From a bacterium (GTDB taxonomy: Bacteria > Desulfobacterota > DSWW01), in assembly GCA_040756235.1 (NCBI GenBank), contig JBFLZG010000033.1, positions 9,864 through 73,863 on the forward strand: a stretch of 64,000 nucleotides of DNA. The letters are read 5' to 3'. The notes beneath the pieces are model-generated. The model saw only the letters and a list, made by a program, of their open reading frames with translations, was not told where the DNA came from and searched no databases. This document shows positions 10,389 to 20,863 of the stretch, in pieces. A program made the position numbers and the translations under genes. Numbering within the stretch: the first letter of the stretch is position 1; each line of letters opens with the position of its first letter.

Positions 10389-11429
10389 ATGCAGGGACGC
10401 GGCTACGGCGGTCGGGACGAGCCGCCCTCTTTGGACGAGGCCCGCGCGTGGCTGCGGCAGAAGTGGCGGGGGTTCAAAGGCGGCCCGGTGTTGCTGCCCA
10501 TCCTCATTCTGGCAGCGGTGCTCCTGGCCTGGACGGCATGGTTCACGGTCCAGCCGGAGGAGACGGGAGTCGTGCAGCGCTTCGGAAAGGTCGTGCGCTC
10601 GGCCGGGCCGGGCCTGCACTTCAAGCTGCCTTTCGGGATCGAAAAGGTCCGCACGGTGCCCACGGCCCGCGTCCTCAAAGAGGAGTTCGGATTCCGGACT
10701 CTGGCCGCCGGCCAGGGGCAGCGGACGGAGTATTCGGAACGAGGCTACCAAACCGAATCGCTCATGCTGACCGGAGACCTCAACGTCATCGACGTCCAGT
10801 GGGTCGTCCAGTATCGGATCGAGGATCCCATCCAGTACCTGTTCCACGTGCGGGACACCCCGAAGACGATTCGCGATATCACCGAGGCGATCATGCGACG
10901 GGTGGTTGGAAACCGGCTGGGCAGCGATGTGCTCACCGTGGGCCGGGTGGAGGTCGCCACCGAAGCGAGAGATGAGATCCAACAGGTGTTGGCCGAATAT
11001 AAGACCGGCGTGCGACTGGTCACCGTGGAGCTCCAGGACGTGACCCCCCCTGACGCGGTGAAGCCCGCCTTCAACGAGGTCAATGAAGCGCGTCAGGACA
11101 GGGAACGCACGATCAATCAGGCCGAGGAACAGGTGAACCGGGAGATACCCAAGGCCCGGGGGGTGGCGGCTCAGAGCATCAGCGAGGCCGAGGGCTATGC
11201 GCTGGAAAGGGTCAATCGGGCCAGCGGGGAAGCCGATCGTTTCGTAGCGATTCTCCAGGAGTATGAGCAGGCCCCGGAGGTCACACGCCGGCGCCTGTAC
11301 CTGGAAGCCCTGAGCGGCTTCCTGGCGGAAATGAAGGGGCTCTACATCGTGGACCCGGAGCAGAGGGCCCTGGTGCCGTGGCTCTCCCTGGAGGCCGGTG
11401 CAAAGCCGACGGAAGGAGGCAAACCGTGA
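10389..11429 (+). CDS. hflK: FtsH protease modulator HflK (SPFH)
   Basis: TM anchor, then GVVQRFGK, GPGLHFKLPFGIE, MLTGDLNV and RRRLYLE. Confidence 0.93.
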   Translation: MQGRGYGGRDEPPSLDEARAWLRQKWRGFKGGPVLLPILILAAVLLAWTAWFTVQPEETGVVQRFGKVVRSAGPGLHFKLPFGIEKVRTVPTARVLKEEFGFRTLAAGQGQRTEYSERGYQTESLMLTGDLNVIDVQWVVQYRIEDPIQYLFHVRDTPKTIRDITEAIMRRVVGNRLGSDVLTVGRVEVATEARDEIQQVLAEYKTGVRLVTVELQDVTPPDAVKPAFNEVNEARQDRERTINQAEEQVNREIPKARGVAAQSISEAEGYALERVNRASGEADRFVAILQEYEQAPEVTRRRLYLEALSGFLAEMKGLYIVDPEQRALVPWLSLEAGAKPTEGGKP

Positions 11430-12415
11430 AAAGGGGTATCCAACGACTGTTTCTCATCCTGGCGGCGGCGGCGGTCCTCGCGATCCTGAGCGCGTTCTAT
11501 ACGTTGGAGGAGGGCCGGCAAGCGATCGTCCTGCAGTTCGGCAGGCCCGTGGGAGAGACGGTGACCGAGGCGGGGTTGCACGTCAAGCTTCCCTTCATCC
11601 AGGAGGTTCGGCGTTTCGAGAAGCGTCTGCTCATCTGGGACGGGGACCCGAACCAGATCCCTACGAAGGGGCGTGAGTTCATCTGGGTGGATGCCACGGC
11701 GCGCTGGCGCATCGCCGATGCGAGAAGATTCCTGGAGAATGTGGAAAATGAAGCCGGGGCTCAGTCCCGTCTGGACGACATCATCGACTCCGTGGTGCGG
11801 GACCAGGTTTCGAGCAGCGAGCTCATCGAGCTCGTCCGGAGCGCTTCGTGGAGGGTCCCCGAGGAGGCCCTGGAGGAGGTGGCGGAGGAACGGGAGAAGG
11901 AGATCAAGAAGCAGGTCACCCGCGGTCGTGAGGAGATCACCCGAACCATCCTGTCCGAGGCCCGCAAGATCATTCCTCAGTACGGGATCGACCTTGTGGA
12001 CGTGCGCATCAAGCGGCTCGACTACGTGGAGACCGTCCGGGAGAGGGTTTACGCCCGGATGATCTCCGAGCGCCAGCGCGTCGCCGCGGAATTCCGCTCG
12101 GAAGGAGAAGGGAGGAGCGCCGAGATACTCGGGGAGATGGGAAAGGAGCTGCGGAGTATCCGCTCGAGCGCCTACCGGAGGGTGCAGGAGATCCACGGCA
12201 AGGCCGACGCGGAGGCGACTCGGATTTACGCCCAAGCCTACGGGCGCAACCCCGAGTTCCACGCCTTCCTGCTGACCCTGGAGGCGTACAAGGAGAAGTC
12301 GAACGAGAACTCCGTGGCGGTCATCACCACCGAGAGCGAATTCTACCGGTACTTGAAGCAAGCCTTCCCGGGCGGGCAGCCTCCCCGGCCCCCCGACGGT
12401 CGAGCGGGGAGATGA
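11426..12415 (+). CDS. hflC: FtsH protease modulator HflC
   Basis: GTGA overlap with hflK; QAIVLQFGRP, GLHVKLPFIQ and RMISERQRVA. Confidence 0.93.
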   Translation: MKRGIQRLFLILAAAAVLAILSAFYTLEEGRQAIVLQFGRPVGETVTEAGLHVKLPFIQEVRRFEKRLLIWDGDPNQIPTKGREFIWVDATARWRIADARRFLENVENEAGAQSRLDDIIDSVVRDQVSSSELIELVRSASWRVPEEALEEVAEEREKEIKKQVTRGREEITRTILSEARKIIPQYGIDLVDVRIKRLDYVETVRERVYARMISERQRVAAEFRSEGEGRSAEILGEMGKELRSIRSSAYRRVQEIHGKADAEATRIYAQAYGRNPEFHAFLLTLEAYKEKSNENSVAVITTESEFYRYLKQAFPGGQPPRPPDGRAGR

Positions 12416-12657
12416 GAGACGCGGTCCCGAGATTGCGGGTTCAGCCGCATGAACGCCGAACAATCAGGCCTGAAGGCCTCGTCGAGAAAACGTAAGAAGT
12501 GAGTTCAGACCTCCAACGAGGGGCCTGCAATCCACGTGTGAACGCAGCATGGGTTGCCTCCTAAGCGGTCGGCGTGGAGCATGTCCGATGCTTGGGGTCA
12601 GCCTGCAACCGGGGCGGCGAGCATCCTCGCATAAGCGCTTTCGCCTCGCTGGGCCCA

Positions 12658-13347
12658 TCACTTTCGGGAACGCACCGCGAAAGCCCGCTTGTTCGCGTAG
12701 CCGCCGCCCCAGACCTCCACGGTCCCGCCGAAGCTGAAGCCCGATGTCGAGGAAGGGTTCTTCATCTCTCCGGACCACACGTAATTTCCACTTGTCTTGA
12801 AAGACGCAGGCAGACGGCGTCGGTCCGCTCCCCGTTCATAGAGCATGCTCAGCTCCGCCTGGGTCGGCATGCGCCATCCTCCGCCAGCGGCAGAAAGGTC
12901 TGAAACCCAAGCAGAAGCCTGCTCCCAGGTTGTCTCGGTATCCGGCCCCATGTACCACTCGAGCCCTGTCCTGGAATCACGGATCACGCCTTCCGCCGAG
13001 ACCGTGTATCGGATCACCATCGGGGACGGGAGCAGTTTTGTCTGACCTCGCGGCCCGCTCTCTACGGTCAGGCTGTCCTCGGTCGACCATTCCTGCGACG
13101 AAACCTTCAAGACATAGGCCGATTTGCGAAAGAGCCCGTCCAAGCGAAACGTTCCGTCCGGGCCCGTGGTGGTCTCGAGCTCCCCGTACCCCTCGATCGG
13201 CTGCACCTGTCTGGCGATCACCCTCAGCTCGGCGAGCGGTCCCCCTTGCCCGTCGACCACCACGCCTTCCAGGGCTGATTGTCTCCCACACCCCGAGGAG
13301 ACCAAGCCTAACAGCACCACGCAGACCAATCCTCTGAGGTTCTGCAT
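12658..13347 (-). CDS. Lipoprotein with carboxypeptidase-regulatory-like beta-sandwich and C-terminal DUF1566/Lcl-type domain
   Basis: Lipobox VSSGC; LEGVVVDGQGGPL; IRDSRTGLEW..TWEQA..GWRMPTQAELSML motif. Confidence 0.75.
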   Translation of the reverse strand: MQNLRGLVCVVLLGLVSSGCGRQSALEGVVVDGQGGPLAELRVIARQVQPIEGYGELETTTGPDGTFRLDGLFRKSAYVLKVSSQEWSTEDSLTVESGPRGQTKLLPSPMVIRYTVSAEGVIRDSRTGLEWYMGPDTETTWEQASAWVSDLSAAGGGWRMPTQAELSMLYERGADRRRLPASFKTSGNYVWSGEMKNPSSTSGFSFGGTVEVWGGGYANKRAFAVRSRK

Positions 13348-13459
13348 CGCTCCTTCCCCAACCGTTTCATCGTCGGCTTTTCTCGTCGTGGCTCAGATTC
13401 AGGGACACAATAGGGGAAGAGTAATGGGGTGTAAAGGAAATAGAAGCTGGAAGATTACA

Positions 13460-13483
13460 GGGCGACGCATGCGTCGCCCCTAC
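13460..13483. repeat. GTAG-type REP palindrome
   Basis: GGGCGACGCATGCGTCGCCCCTAC (GTAG foot on the minus strand). Confidence 0.7.
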
Positions 13484-13544
13484 AGGAAAGCGGCCCGCCC
13501 CGAGCCGAGCGCGGCAGATGGGCGTTCTTCAGCAGCCTGTCAGA

Positions 13545-14840
13545 TTAGCCGCAGAGCCAGATCTCCCTCGGCAAGTCCACGCCGATCAGCTCCAGCCCCT
13601 TGTCAGTCATGAGCCAGATGTCTTCGGGCATGTTCCCGTAGAACACCAGGTCGGTGCCGTAACAGCCGACCTCCACACACAAGGTCATTCCGGGCACGAG
13701 CTCGGTCAGGTCGTTGTCGGCGAGCCAGGGCGGCTCGTGATTGAGCGTTCCGATTCCGTGCCCCACGAACTCGATCGGGATGGCCTGGTTCCAGTCCTGA
13801 CGGTAGGTCTCCTTCTCCGCCAGCTTGAAGACGTCGCAGCCCCGCATCCCGGAATGGATGTTGTGCACCGTGTTCAGGTAGGCGTCACGCCCCCACCTGG
13901 AAAGATCGGCAAGCTTGGGGGGCAGCTTGTCGCCCACGTAGAAACAGCGCTGCAGGTCGGTCCAGTACCCCTTGTAGGAGGGCCCGCAGTCAGAGAAGCC
14001 CTGGTCGCCTTTGCGGATCACGCGATCGTAGAACGGGGTCGTCACGATGCGCCACTTGCCGGGCCCGTCGCTGCCGCACAGGAACAGCACGGGGTTGCTC
14101 ATGCAGGGTGTCTCGAACATGCCTTCTTTCACCCATTCCTCCCAGATCACGCGGTGCACCTCCCGCTCGGTCACGCCCGGACGGATCGCCATCCATCCCT
14201 TCTCCAGCACGCGCCGCGACTTGTCGCACATCTGCCGCATGAGCGCGACCTCCCAGTCGGTCTTGACCATCTTCTGCTCCCAGAGCACTTGGTCGGCGCT
14301 GACGAATCTGGCGTTGGGCAGGCGCGCTTCGATCTGACGGATCTCGTCCAGACCCACCTGCAGGATGTGGTGAGGCCCGTACTCCATCCCGATCACCTTG
14401 TTGTCCAGGTGCAGCGAGACCAGGGTGTCCACGAGCACGTCCACGAAGCGGACGGGGAAGCGCCAGGCCTTGACGCCGCACCAGTAGCGGCAGTCCCGGA
14501 TCCAGGTGGTCTTGCGCACGTTGCTGTCCAGGACCGATTCCCCCACGAACACCGGGTCGTGTTCCTGGGACACGATGATGCAGTGCCGCCAGCGGTCCGT
14601 GAACATGAGGGCCGCATCCCGGTAGCCGCCGTAGTAGTACTTGTCCTCCTCGGCGAACAGCAGCAGGGCATCGACGCCATGCCCGGCGAGTAGCTTCCTG
14701 GCCTTGGCGATCCTCAGATCGAACTCCTCTCGCGGGATGTGGGGGCTGAAATCCTCGGGGCCATCCGATTGCTCCCACGCGACGCCTTCCTGCTCGATCC
14801 AGTGGTCCTTGGAAAGATGGGTTTTTTCTTGCTTCACCAT
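13545..14840 (-). CDS. M24-family (Xaa-Pro peptidase / creatinase-fold) metallohydrolase
   Basis: Creatinase-like N-domain; D,D,H,E,E ligands (SDCG, WTDLQR, GHGIG, CVEVG, PEDIW). Confidence 0.85.
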   Translation of the reverse strand: MVKQEKTHLSKDHWIEQEGVAWEQSDGPEDFSPHIPREEFDLRIAKARKLLAGHGVDALLLFAEEDKYYYGGYRDAALMFTDRWRHCIIVSQEHDPVFVGESVLDSNVRKTTWIRDCRYWCGVKAWRFPVRFVDVLVDTLVSLHLDNKVIGMEYGPHHILQVGLDEIRQIEARLPNARFVSADQVLWEQKMVKTDWEVALMRQMCDKSRRVLEKGWMAIRPGVTEREVHRVIWEEWVKEGMFETPCMSNPVLFLCGSDGPGKWRIVTTPFYDRVIRKGDQGFSDCGPSYKGYWTDLQRCFYVGDKLPPKLADLSRWGRDAYLNTVHNIHSGMRGCDVFKLAEKETYRQDWNQAIPIEFVGHGIGTLNHEPPWLADNDLTELVPGMTLCVEVGCYGTDLVFYGNMPEDIWLMTDKGLELIGVDLPREIWLCG

Positions 14841-14874
14841 GTGCTTCCCTCCTCTCGTCGTGGGTATAACCGGC

Positions 14875-15540
14875 TTACTTGAGGTGCATACCCTTTTCGA
14901 GGATGGCGAGCTCCGCTTGAACGAGGTCCTCCAGGGCGACGCCCGACTGCTTGAGATAGCCCCTCTTGTGGATGTAGAGGGCTCCCTCGATCACGCTCCA
15001 CAGGGCCAGGGTCGTGGTGTTTCGGTCCGTGCGTGCCGGGAGGGACCCCTCGCGAACGGCTTCCTCGACAACGCTTCCCAGAAGGGAGAGCATGGCGGAA
15101 GAGAGCCGCTCGAGCTTGCGGCGCTGGTCCTTCGAGAGAGCGACCTTCTTGAAGCCCATGTCCTTGAAGGAAAGGATGTCGAAGTACTCCGGGTACCCCG
15201 TATAGAACCTGACGTAAGCCGCCGCCATGGCCTTGAGCTTGTCTCTGGCCCTGCCTGGGGTCGAGGCCGCCTTCTCGAGCAGGCCGATCCCGATCCCGAA
15301 AGCCTCCTCGCAAATCCGGCCGTAGATCTCGTCCTTTCCCCTGCAAAAATAGAAGTAGATCAGGCCCGGGGACATGCGGGCTTCGAGGGCGATGGTGCGA
15401 ATGGAGGTGCCCAGGTACCCCTTCTCCAGGAACGCCCTCCTGGCCGCTTCCAGAATCCTCGCCTTCTGCGCGTCGAGATCTGACGGACTGCACCGGGCTG
15501 CAACCCGCTTGCGTTGACCCATCTCTTCTTGCTTCCCCAT
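14875..15540 (-). CDS. TetR/AcrR-family transcriptional regulator
   Basis: RILEAARRAFLEKGYLGTSIRTIA..MSPGLIYFYF HTH. Confidence 0.92.
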   Translation of the reverse strand: MGKQEEMGQRKRVAARCSPSDLDAQKARILEAARRAFLEKGYLGTSIRTIALEARMSPGLIYFYFCRGKDEIYGRICEEAFGIGIGLLEKAASTPGRARDKLKAMAAAYVRFYTGYPEYFDILSFKDMGFKKVALSKDQRRKLERLSSAMLSLLGSVVEEAVREGSLPARTDRNTTTLALWSVIEGALYIHKRGYLKQSGVALEDLVQAELAILEKGMHLK

Positions 15541-15573
15541 GCGTCGGGGGGGGACCGGATGGCGATGGGAGGC

Positions 15574-15602
15574 AGGTTATTGAACACTGTTCAACAAGTC
15601 AA
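15574..15602 (-). promoter_or_regulatory. sigma70 promoter with a perfect palindromic operator (TTGAACA-C-TGTTCAA, 15580-15594) in the spacer
   Basis: Minus strand reads TTGACT-17 nt-TAACCT; the spacer contains the 15-bp palindrome; directly upstream of tetR. Confidence 0.75.
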
Positions 15603-15687
15603 GAAAAATCTGCGCGGCAGCGGGCGTGAGCGGGGTTGAGGGCCTCCTCGCCCGGACCCTCGACGGGCGATTCGGCAGCCGGGCCGA

Positions 15688-17103
15688 TCAGAACTCGGCG
15701 TTCCCGGGGGTGCGCGGGAAGGGAATCACGTCGCGGATGTTGGCCATGCCCGTGACGTACTGAACGAGACGCTCGAAGCCGAGCCCGAAGCCCGCATGCG
15801 GCACCGTGCCGAAGCGCCGAAGGTCCAGGTACCAGCGATAGGATGGGAGGTTCAGGCCCGCTTCCGCGATTCTCTGCGCCAGCCCCTCCTCCCGGTGCTC
15901 CCTCTGGCTTCCGCCGATGATCTCACCGGTCCGGGGCACGAGGACGTCCATGGCGCCGACGGTCTTGTCGTCGTCGTTGAGGAACATGTAGAACGGCTTG
16001 ATCGATCTGGGATAGTCGTACACGATCACGGGACCTTCGAAGACCTGCTCGGTCAGGTGCCGCTCGTGCTCGGTCTGCAGATCGAGCCCCCACTCGACCG
16101 GGAAGGCGAAGGCTTCGCCGGAGCGCTGCAGGATCCCGATCGCCTCCGTGTAGGAGACGCGTCGAAACGGCGTGCGGACCACCTTTTCCAGGGCCTCGCG
16201 AATTCCCGGCTGGATGCGCTCCTCGAAGAAGGCCATGTCCTCGGCGCACTCGGACAGCGCGGCCCCCAGGAGATGCTTGAGGAAGGCCTCGGCCACCTCC
16301 ATGTCCCCCTCGAGGTCGCAGAAGACCATCTCCGGCTCGACCATCCAGAACTCGGCCAGGTGCCGGGGCGTGTTGGAGTTCTCCGCGCGGAAGGTGGGTC
16401 CGAAGGTGTAGACGTCACCGAGGCCGCAGGCGAGCGCTTCGGCCTCGAGCTGGCCGCTGACGGTCAGGAAGGCGGGCTTGCCGAAGAAGTCTTCCTGAGA
16501 GCCGGGCTGCGAGCCGCACGGAGATTCGCAGCGCGACCCGCTTTCGACCTTCAAAGCTTCCGCACCGAGGGTGGTCACGCGGAAGAGCTGGCCGGCTCCT
16601 TCGCAGTCGCTCGCCGTGATGAGGGGCGTCTGGATGTAGAGAAAGCCGCGTTCCTGGAAGAAGTCGTGGACCGCCCTGGCGAGCACGTTGCGGACCCGGA
16701 ACACGGCGCCGAAGGTGTTGGTCCTGCCCCTGAGGTGTGCGATCTCCCGGAGGAACTCGAATGAGTGGTGCTTCTTCTGCAAGGGGTACTGCTCCGGATC
16801 CAGCCACCCGATAACCCGGAGCCGGGCCGCCCGCAGCTCCACCGCCTGCTCCCGGCCCGGAGACTCCACGATCGGCCCCTCTGCCTCGATGCTGCACCCG
16901 GCGGTCAGGCGCTGGATCTCGGCATAGTTGGGCAGCGCCTTGTCCGCCAGAACCTGGAGGTTGGCCATGGAGGAGCCGTCGTTGACGGCCAGGAACGAGA
17001 ACCCCGCCTTGGACTCTCTTTTCGTGCGGAGCCATCCCTTGACCGTGACCGGCTCGGGCCCGGGGGGCCTCTTGAGAGCCTCACGAACTCTGATTCGCGC
17101 CAT
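15688..17103 (-). CDS. asnS: Asparagine--tRNA ligase
   Basis: OB-fold N-terminus; [31 protein letters not shown] and GFGLGFERL. Confidence 0.97.
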   Translation of the reverse strand: MARIRVREALKRPPGPEPVTVKGWLRTKRESKAGFSFLAVNDGSSMANLQVLADKALPNYAEIQRLTAGCSIEAEGPIVESPGREQAVELRAARLRVIGWLDPEQYPLQKKHHSFEFLREIAHLRGRTNTFGAVFRVRNVLARAVHDFFQERGFLYIQTPLITASDCEGAGQLFRVTTLGAEALKVESGSRCESPCGSQPGSQEDFFGKPAFLTVSGQLEAEALACGLGDVYTFGPTFRAENSNTPRHLAEFWMVEPEMVFCDLEGDMEVAEAFLKHLLGAALSECAEDMAFFEERIQPGIREALEKVVRTPFRRVSYTEAIGILQRSGEAFAFPVEWGLDLQTEHERHLTEQVFEGPVIVYDYPRSIKPFYMFLNDDDKTVGAMDVLVPRTGEIIGGSQREHREEGLAQRIAEAGLNLPSYRWYLDLRRFGTVPHAGFGLGFERLVQYVTGMANIRDVIPFPRTPGNAEF

Positions 17104-17263
17104 CACGCATCCTCCGCTCTTCCCGATCCGGGAGTAGAGCCAGCCGTCCTCTCATGAAGAGATCCATACGAGGGCGAAAAGGTTGCCGCTCCGAGGCAAA
17201 GCAAAGGGAAAAGTCGAGGCATGGCTCTATTCTTTCTCTATATGCCTCTTCCTCTTGCCTTTC

Positions 17264-17797
17264 AACCTTGTCTATACTTGTGAGACCTATGGCCTGGAAA
17301 AGGTGGCCAGGTACTGGGAAACGGTGCTGGAGATCAACGATTGGCAGGAGACACGTTTCATCCAGAACATGTTGAGCAATATGTTCAACACCGTGGCCGG
17401 AAAGAGGATCGCCCTTTTCGGATTCGCCTTCAAGGCGAATACAGGGGACACCCGGGAGTCTCCTGCCATCTATATCGCCCAGGGCTTGTTGGAGGAGCAG
17501 GCGGAACTGGTGGTCACGGATCCCAAGGCCATCGAAAATGCGAGGAAGAACCTAAAGAATTTTGAGGGAGCCGTCACCTTCGAGTCAGACCCCTATAAGG
17601 CCGCTCAGGGCGCTCATGCCATTGCTGTCCTTACCGAGTGGGACATTTACAGGGACCTTGACTACCAGCGCATTTTCGAGTCCATGGCCCAGCCGGCTTT
17701 TCTCTTTGACGGACGGAACATCCTGGATCATCGAAAGCTCTTCGAAATCGGGTTTCATGTCTTTGCCATCGGCAAGGCCCCCTTGAAGCACTTCTAG
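17264..17797 (+). pseudogene. ugd: C-terminal fragment of UDP-glucose 6-dehydrogenase
   Basis: NLVYTCETYGL..VARYW, GFAFKANTGDTRESPA, LTEWD and FDGRNILD; NAD-binding domain and catalytic GGSC absent; no credible start. Confidence 0.85.
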
Positions 17798-17803
17798 CCG
17801 GGT

Positions 17804-20800
17804 CTAACGAGGCTTCGCCTCAGACCTCGGACTTCCGTCCAACAGCCGCCGGAGCGCCCCGCGCGCGTCCTCTACGAACGTATAGAACAGCGGGACCACG
17901 AAGAGCGTCAGGACCGTCGCCACGGTCAGGCCTCCCATGACCGCCTTGGCAAGAGGCGCGAACATCACCACTCCGCCGATGTTCGATCCGCCCAGAGCCA
18001 GCGGGAGAAGGCCAAGGATGGTGGTCGCAGCCGTCATGAGGACGGGCCGCAGCCGGTCCACCCCGGCCTGAAGGATCGCCCCTTCCAGGCTCGACCCGGA
18101 GCCACGCAGAAGATTGATATGGTCCACGATCACGATGGCGTTCTTCACCACGATGCCCACCATGAGAATCAGGCCGATGAAGGCCGCCACGTCCATGGCC
18201 GTGCCGGTCAGGTACATGACCCAATAGGACCCGATCAGGGCCAGGGGCACCGAGGTGAGGATCGTGAAGGGGTGGGCGTAGGACTCATAGAGCGCGCCCA
18301 GCAGAAAGTAGACGAGCACGATCGAAAGGAGGATGGCGCTCACGAAGTTCCGTTTGGTCTTCTCCAGATCGAGGATGTTCTGGCCGAGCTCGAGACGGTA
18401 GCCCGGCGGCAGAGAAAACCCTACGAGGGCCTCATCCACGCGCTTCTTCAGAATGCTCAGGGCTTCCGAGCTCGTCTGCGCCCTCACCTTGACGATCCTC
18501 TTGCCGTCGCTCCTGTGGATCACCTTCAGGCCCGGGGCCTCCCGGAACCGGCCCACCGCGTTCACCGGCACGAGCCGGCCCTGTTCGCTCATGAGCTGCA
18601 GCCCTTCCAGACTGGCGAGGTTCTCCCTGTCCTCCTTCTCGAGCTGAATGGTGACCCCGAGCTCCCTCTCCTCCGCCTTCATTTTCTTCAGGGCATACCC
18701 GCGCAGGCCGAAGGCCACGGTCTGGGCAGCCACGATCGGGCTGACCCCGTACTTGCGGGCCAGAGACCGGTCCACCCGGAGCTGCATTTCGTCATATCCC
18801 GGCTCCACGTCGGTCTCGGCCCGGACCACGCCCTCCACCTTTCTGAGGCGCCCCACCAGGTCTTCGCCGAGCGCCTCCATGACCGCCGGGTCCTCGCCCC
18901 GCAGGACGATCTCGATCTCGTTCTCCACGCTCGAGCCCGGGCCGCGCTGCTCGGGCAGCACGAATTCCACGTCCGGAATCTTCGGCAGAAGCTTCAGGAT
19001 TTCCGCCTTGGCCTCTTCCGTAGCCACGCGGGCGTCCCCTTCCTCCTTGAGGAAAACGTGGATTCGGTTTCGCTCGGCCATGTAGCCGGACTGGGAGTAG
19101 AGGTGCTCGATCTCAAGTGCGGCCCGCCGGCCGTCCAGGACCTTCTCGACGGCGATCAGGGCATCCTCGATCTTTTCCCGGTCCTGGGCCCCGCGCACGC
19201 GCAGATCGATCGTCACGGTCCGCAGATCGCCGCCCGATTCGCCCTTCTGGGGCACCCGCCGCAGGGGCACGAGGACCGTTACGATGATGAGGGCTATCAG
19301 AACCGTGGAGACCTGGCTGCGATGATGCAGGACCCACTCGAGCTGCCGGCGGTAGTGGCCCATCATGGCAGACAGGAATCGCGAGGGCCTTTTCATGCTC
19401 AGCGGAACGCGGGCAGCCAGGGCGGGGATGAAAGTGAGGGCCACAAAGAGTGAAGCCAGAAGGGACAGGGAAATCGAGGTCCCGACCTCCCGCGTGTAGA
19501 TCTTCATGACCCCGCTTTCCATGAACACCATGGGCAGGAAGACGACGATCGTGGTCAGTGTGGACGCGAGAATGGCCATCGTGACTTGCTCGCTCCCCTT
19601 GAGCGAGGATTCCCGCCGGTCCGAGCCCAGCTCCCTCAGCCGCATGATGTTCTCGGAGACGACGATCGAGTCGTCGACCAGCATCCCAACGCCGAGCATG
19701 AGGCCCACCATGCTCACGACGTTGAGCGTCATGCCGAAGAAGTACATCACGGTCACGGCCACGAGGATCGAGACCGGGATGGAGAGCGTGACGACCAGGG
19801 TGGGCAGGACCCTGCGCAGGAAAAAGAACAGCACGCATACCGCGAAGAAGCCCCCCCACATGCCCGCGTCGCGCAGGTCCATGAAGGAGCTCAGGATGTA
19901 TTCCGACTGGTCGAAGATGGTGGTGTACCGGAACCCCGCATAGCCCGGCTCCTGCGAGATCCTCTTCATCTCCTCGAGGACCGACCTGCAGACTTCGACC
20001 GTATTGGCCGTCGATTCTTTCTTGATGCCCACCATCACGGAGTTGCGGCCGTCCATCCGGGTGATGACGCTCTGCTCGGGGTAGCCGTAATCGACCTTGG
20101 CGATGTCGCCCAACCGCAGACCCCGCTCGTTCACCGGCGTGCTCCGGAGATCTTCCAGGGTCCGGTACTCGTTGGCCAGCCTCACCAGATACCGCCTGCC
20201 CCCGTCCTGGACCTCGCCCCCTGCCAGGTTGAAGTGGTCTCGCTCGAGCCCCATCACGAGATCGTAGAGGCTCACGCCGCAAGCCTTCAGCCTCTGCTGG
20301 TCGAGGTCGATGTGCACCCGCCGGGGCTCCTGGCCCCAGACCGTGACGCTGCCGACCCCGTCGACCCTCAGCACTCTCGGCTTCACGCGGTCGTTGACCA
20401 GCTCGTACAGATCCTCCATACCCCCGTCCCAGGAGAAGCTCAGGAACATGACCTCGATGTCCGCAGAGCTGAACCTCCACACGAAATACTCCTGGCTCTC
20501 TCTGGGGAGCTGCGGCTTGAGCTTGTCCAGCCGGTCCTTGACCTCCAGGTAAGCGTAGTCCATGTCCGTTTCCCAGGAGAACTCCAGCACCAGCGTGCAG
20601 AAGCTGCCCTGGGAGAACGAGTCGACCTTTCTCAGGAACGGCACGGTCTGGAGAAGCTCTTCGGCCGGAACGGCAACGGTCTTCTCCACCTCGGAAGGGG
20701 TCGCGTTGCGGTACGGGATCTGGATCAGGAAGTGTGGCCCGGATAGGTCAGGCAGGAACTCGAGAGGGATCCGGTCCGTGGTGATGCCGCCCAGGATGAA

Positions 20801-20863
20801 CAGGGCTGCATACACCATGAGGAGCGTAACGGGCCTCCGGAGGGCCAGCCCTGCGAGGCTCAT
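17804..20863 (-). CDS. RND efflux permease (AcrB/AcrD/AcrF family)
   Basis: RRPVT N-terminus; GMLVDDSIVV, GIVVKNAI and RLRPVLMTA; 12-TM layout. Confidence 0.93.
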   Translation of the reverse strand: MSLAGLALRRPVTLLMVYAALFILGGITTDRIPLEFLPDLSGPHFLIQIPYRNATPSEVEKTVAVPAEELLQTVPFLRKVDSFSQGSFCTLVLEFSWETDMDYAYLEVKDRLDKLKPQLPRESQEYFVWRFSSADIEVMFLSFSWDGGMEDLYELVNDRVKPRVLRVDGVGSVTVWGQEPRRVHIDLDQQRLKACGVSLYDLVMGLERDHFNLAGGEVQDGGRRYLVRLANEYRTLEDLRSTPVNERGLRLGDIAKVDYGYPEQSVITRMDGRNSVMVGIKKESTANTVEVCRSVLEEMKRISQEPGYAGFRYTTIFDQSEYILSSFMDLRDAGMWGGFFAVCVLFFFLRRVLPTLVVTLSIPVSILVAVTVMYFFGMTLNVVSMVGLMLGVGMLVDDSIVVSENIMRLRELGSDRRESSLKGSEQVTMAILASTLTTIVVFLPMVFMESGVMKIYTREVGTSISLSLLASLFVALTFIPALAARVPLSMKRPSRFLSAMMGHYRRQLEWVLHHRSQVSTVLIALIIVTVLVPLRRVPQKGESGGDLRTVTIDLRVRGAQDREKIEDALIAVEKVLDGRRAALEIEHLYSQSGYMAERNRIHVFLKEEGDARVATEEAKAEILKLLPKIPDVEFVLPEQRGPGSSVENEIEIVLRGEDPAVMEALGEDLVGRLRKVEGVVRAETDVEPGYDEMQLRVDRSLARKYGVSPIVAAQTVAFGLRGYALKKMKAEERELGVTIQLEKEDRENLASLEGLQLMSEQGRLVPVNAVGRFREAPGLKVIHRSDGKRIVKVRAQTSSEALSILKKRVDEALVGFSLPPGYRLELGQNILDLEKTKRNFVSAILLSIVLVYFLLGALYESYAHPFTILTSVPLALIGSYWVMYLTGTAMDVAAFIGLILMVGIVVKNAIVIVDHINLLRGSGSSLEGAILQAGVDRLRPVLMTAATTILGLLPLALGGSNIGGVVMFAPLAKAVMGGLTVATVLTLFVVPLFYTFVEDARGALRRLLDGSPRSEAKPR

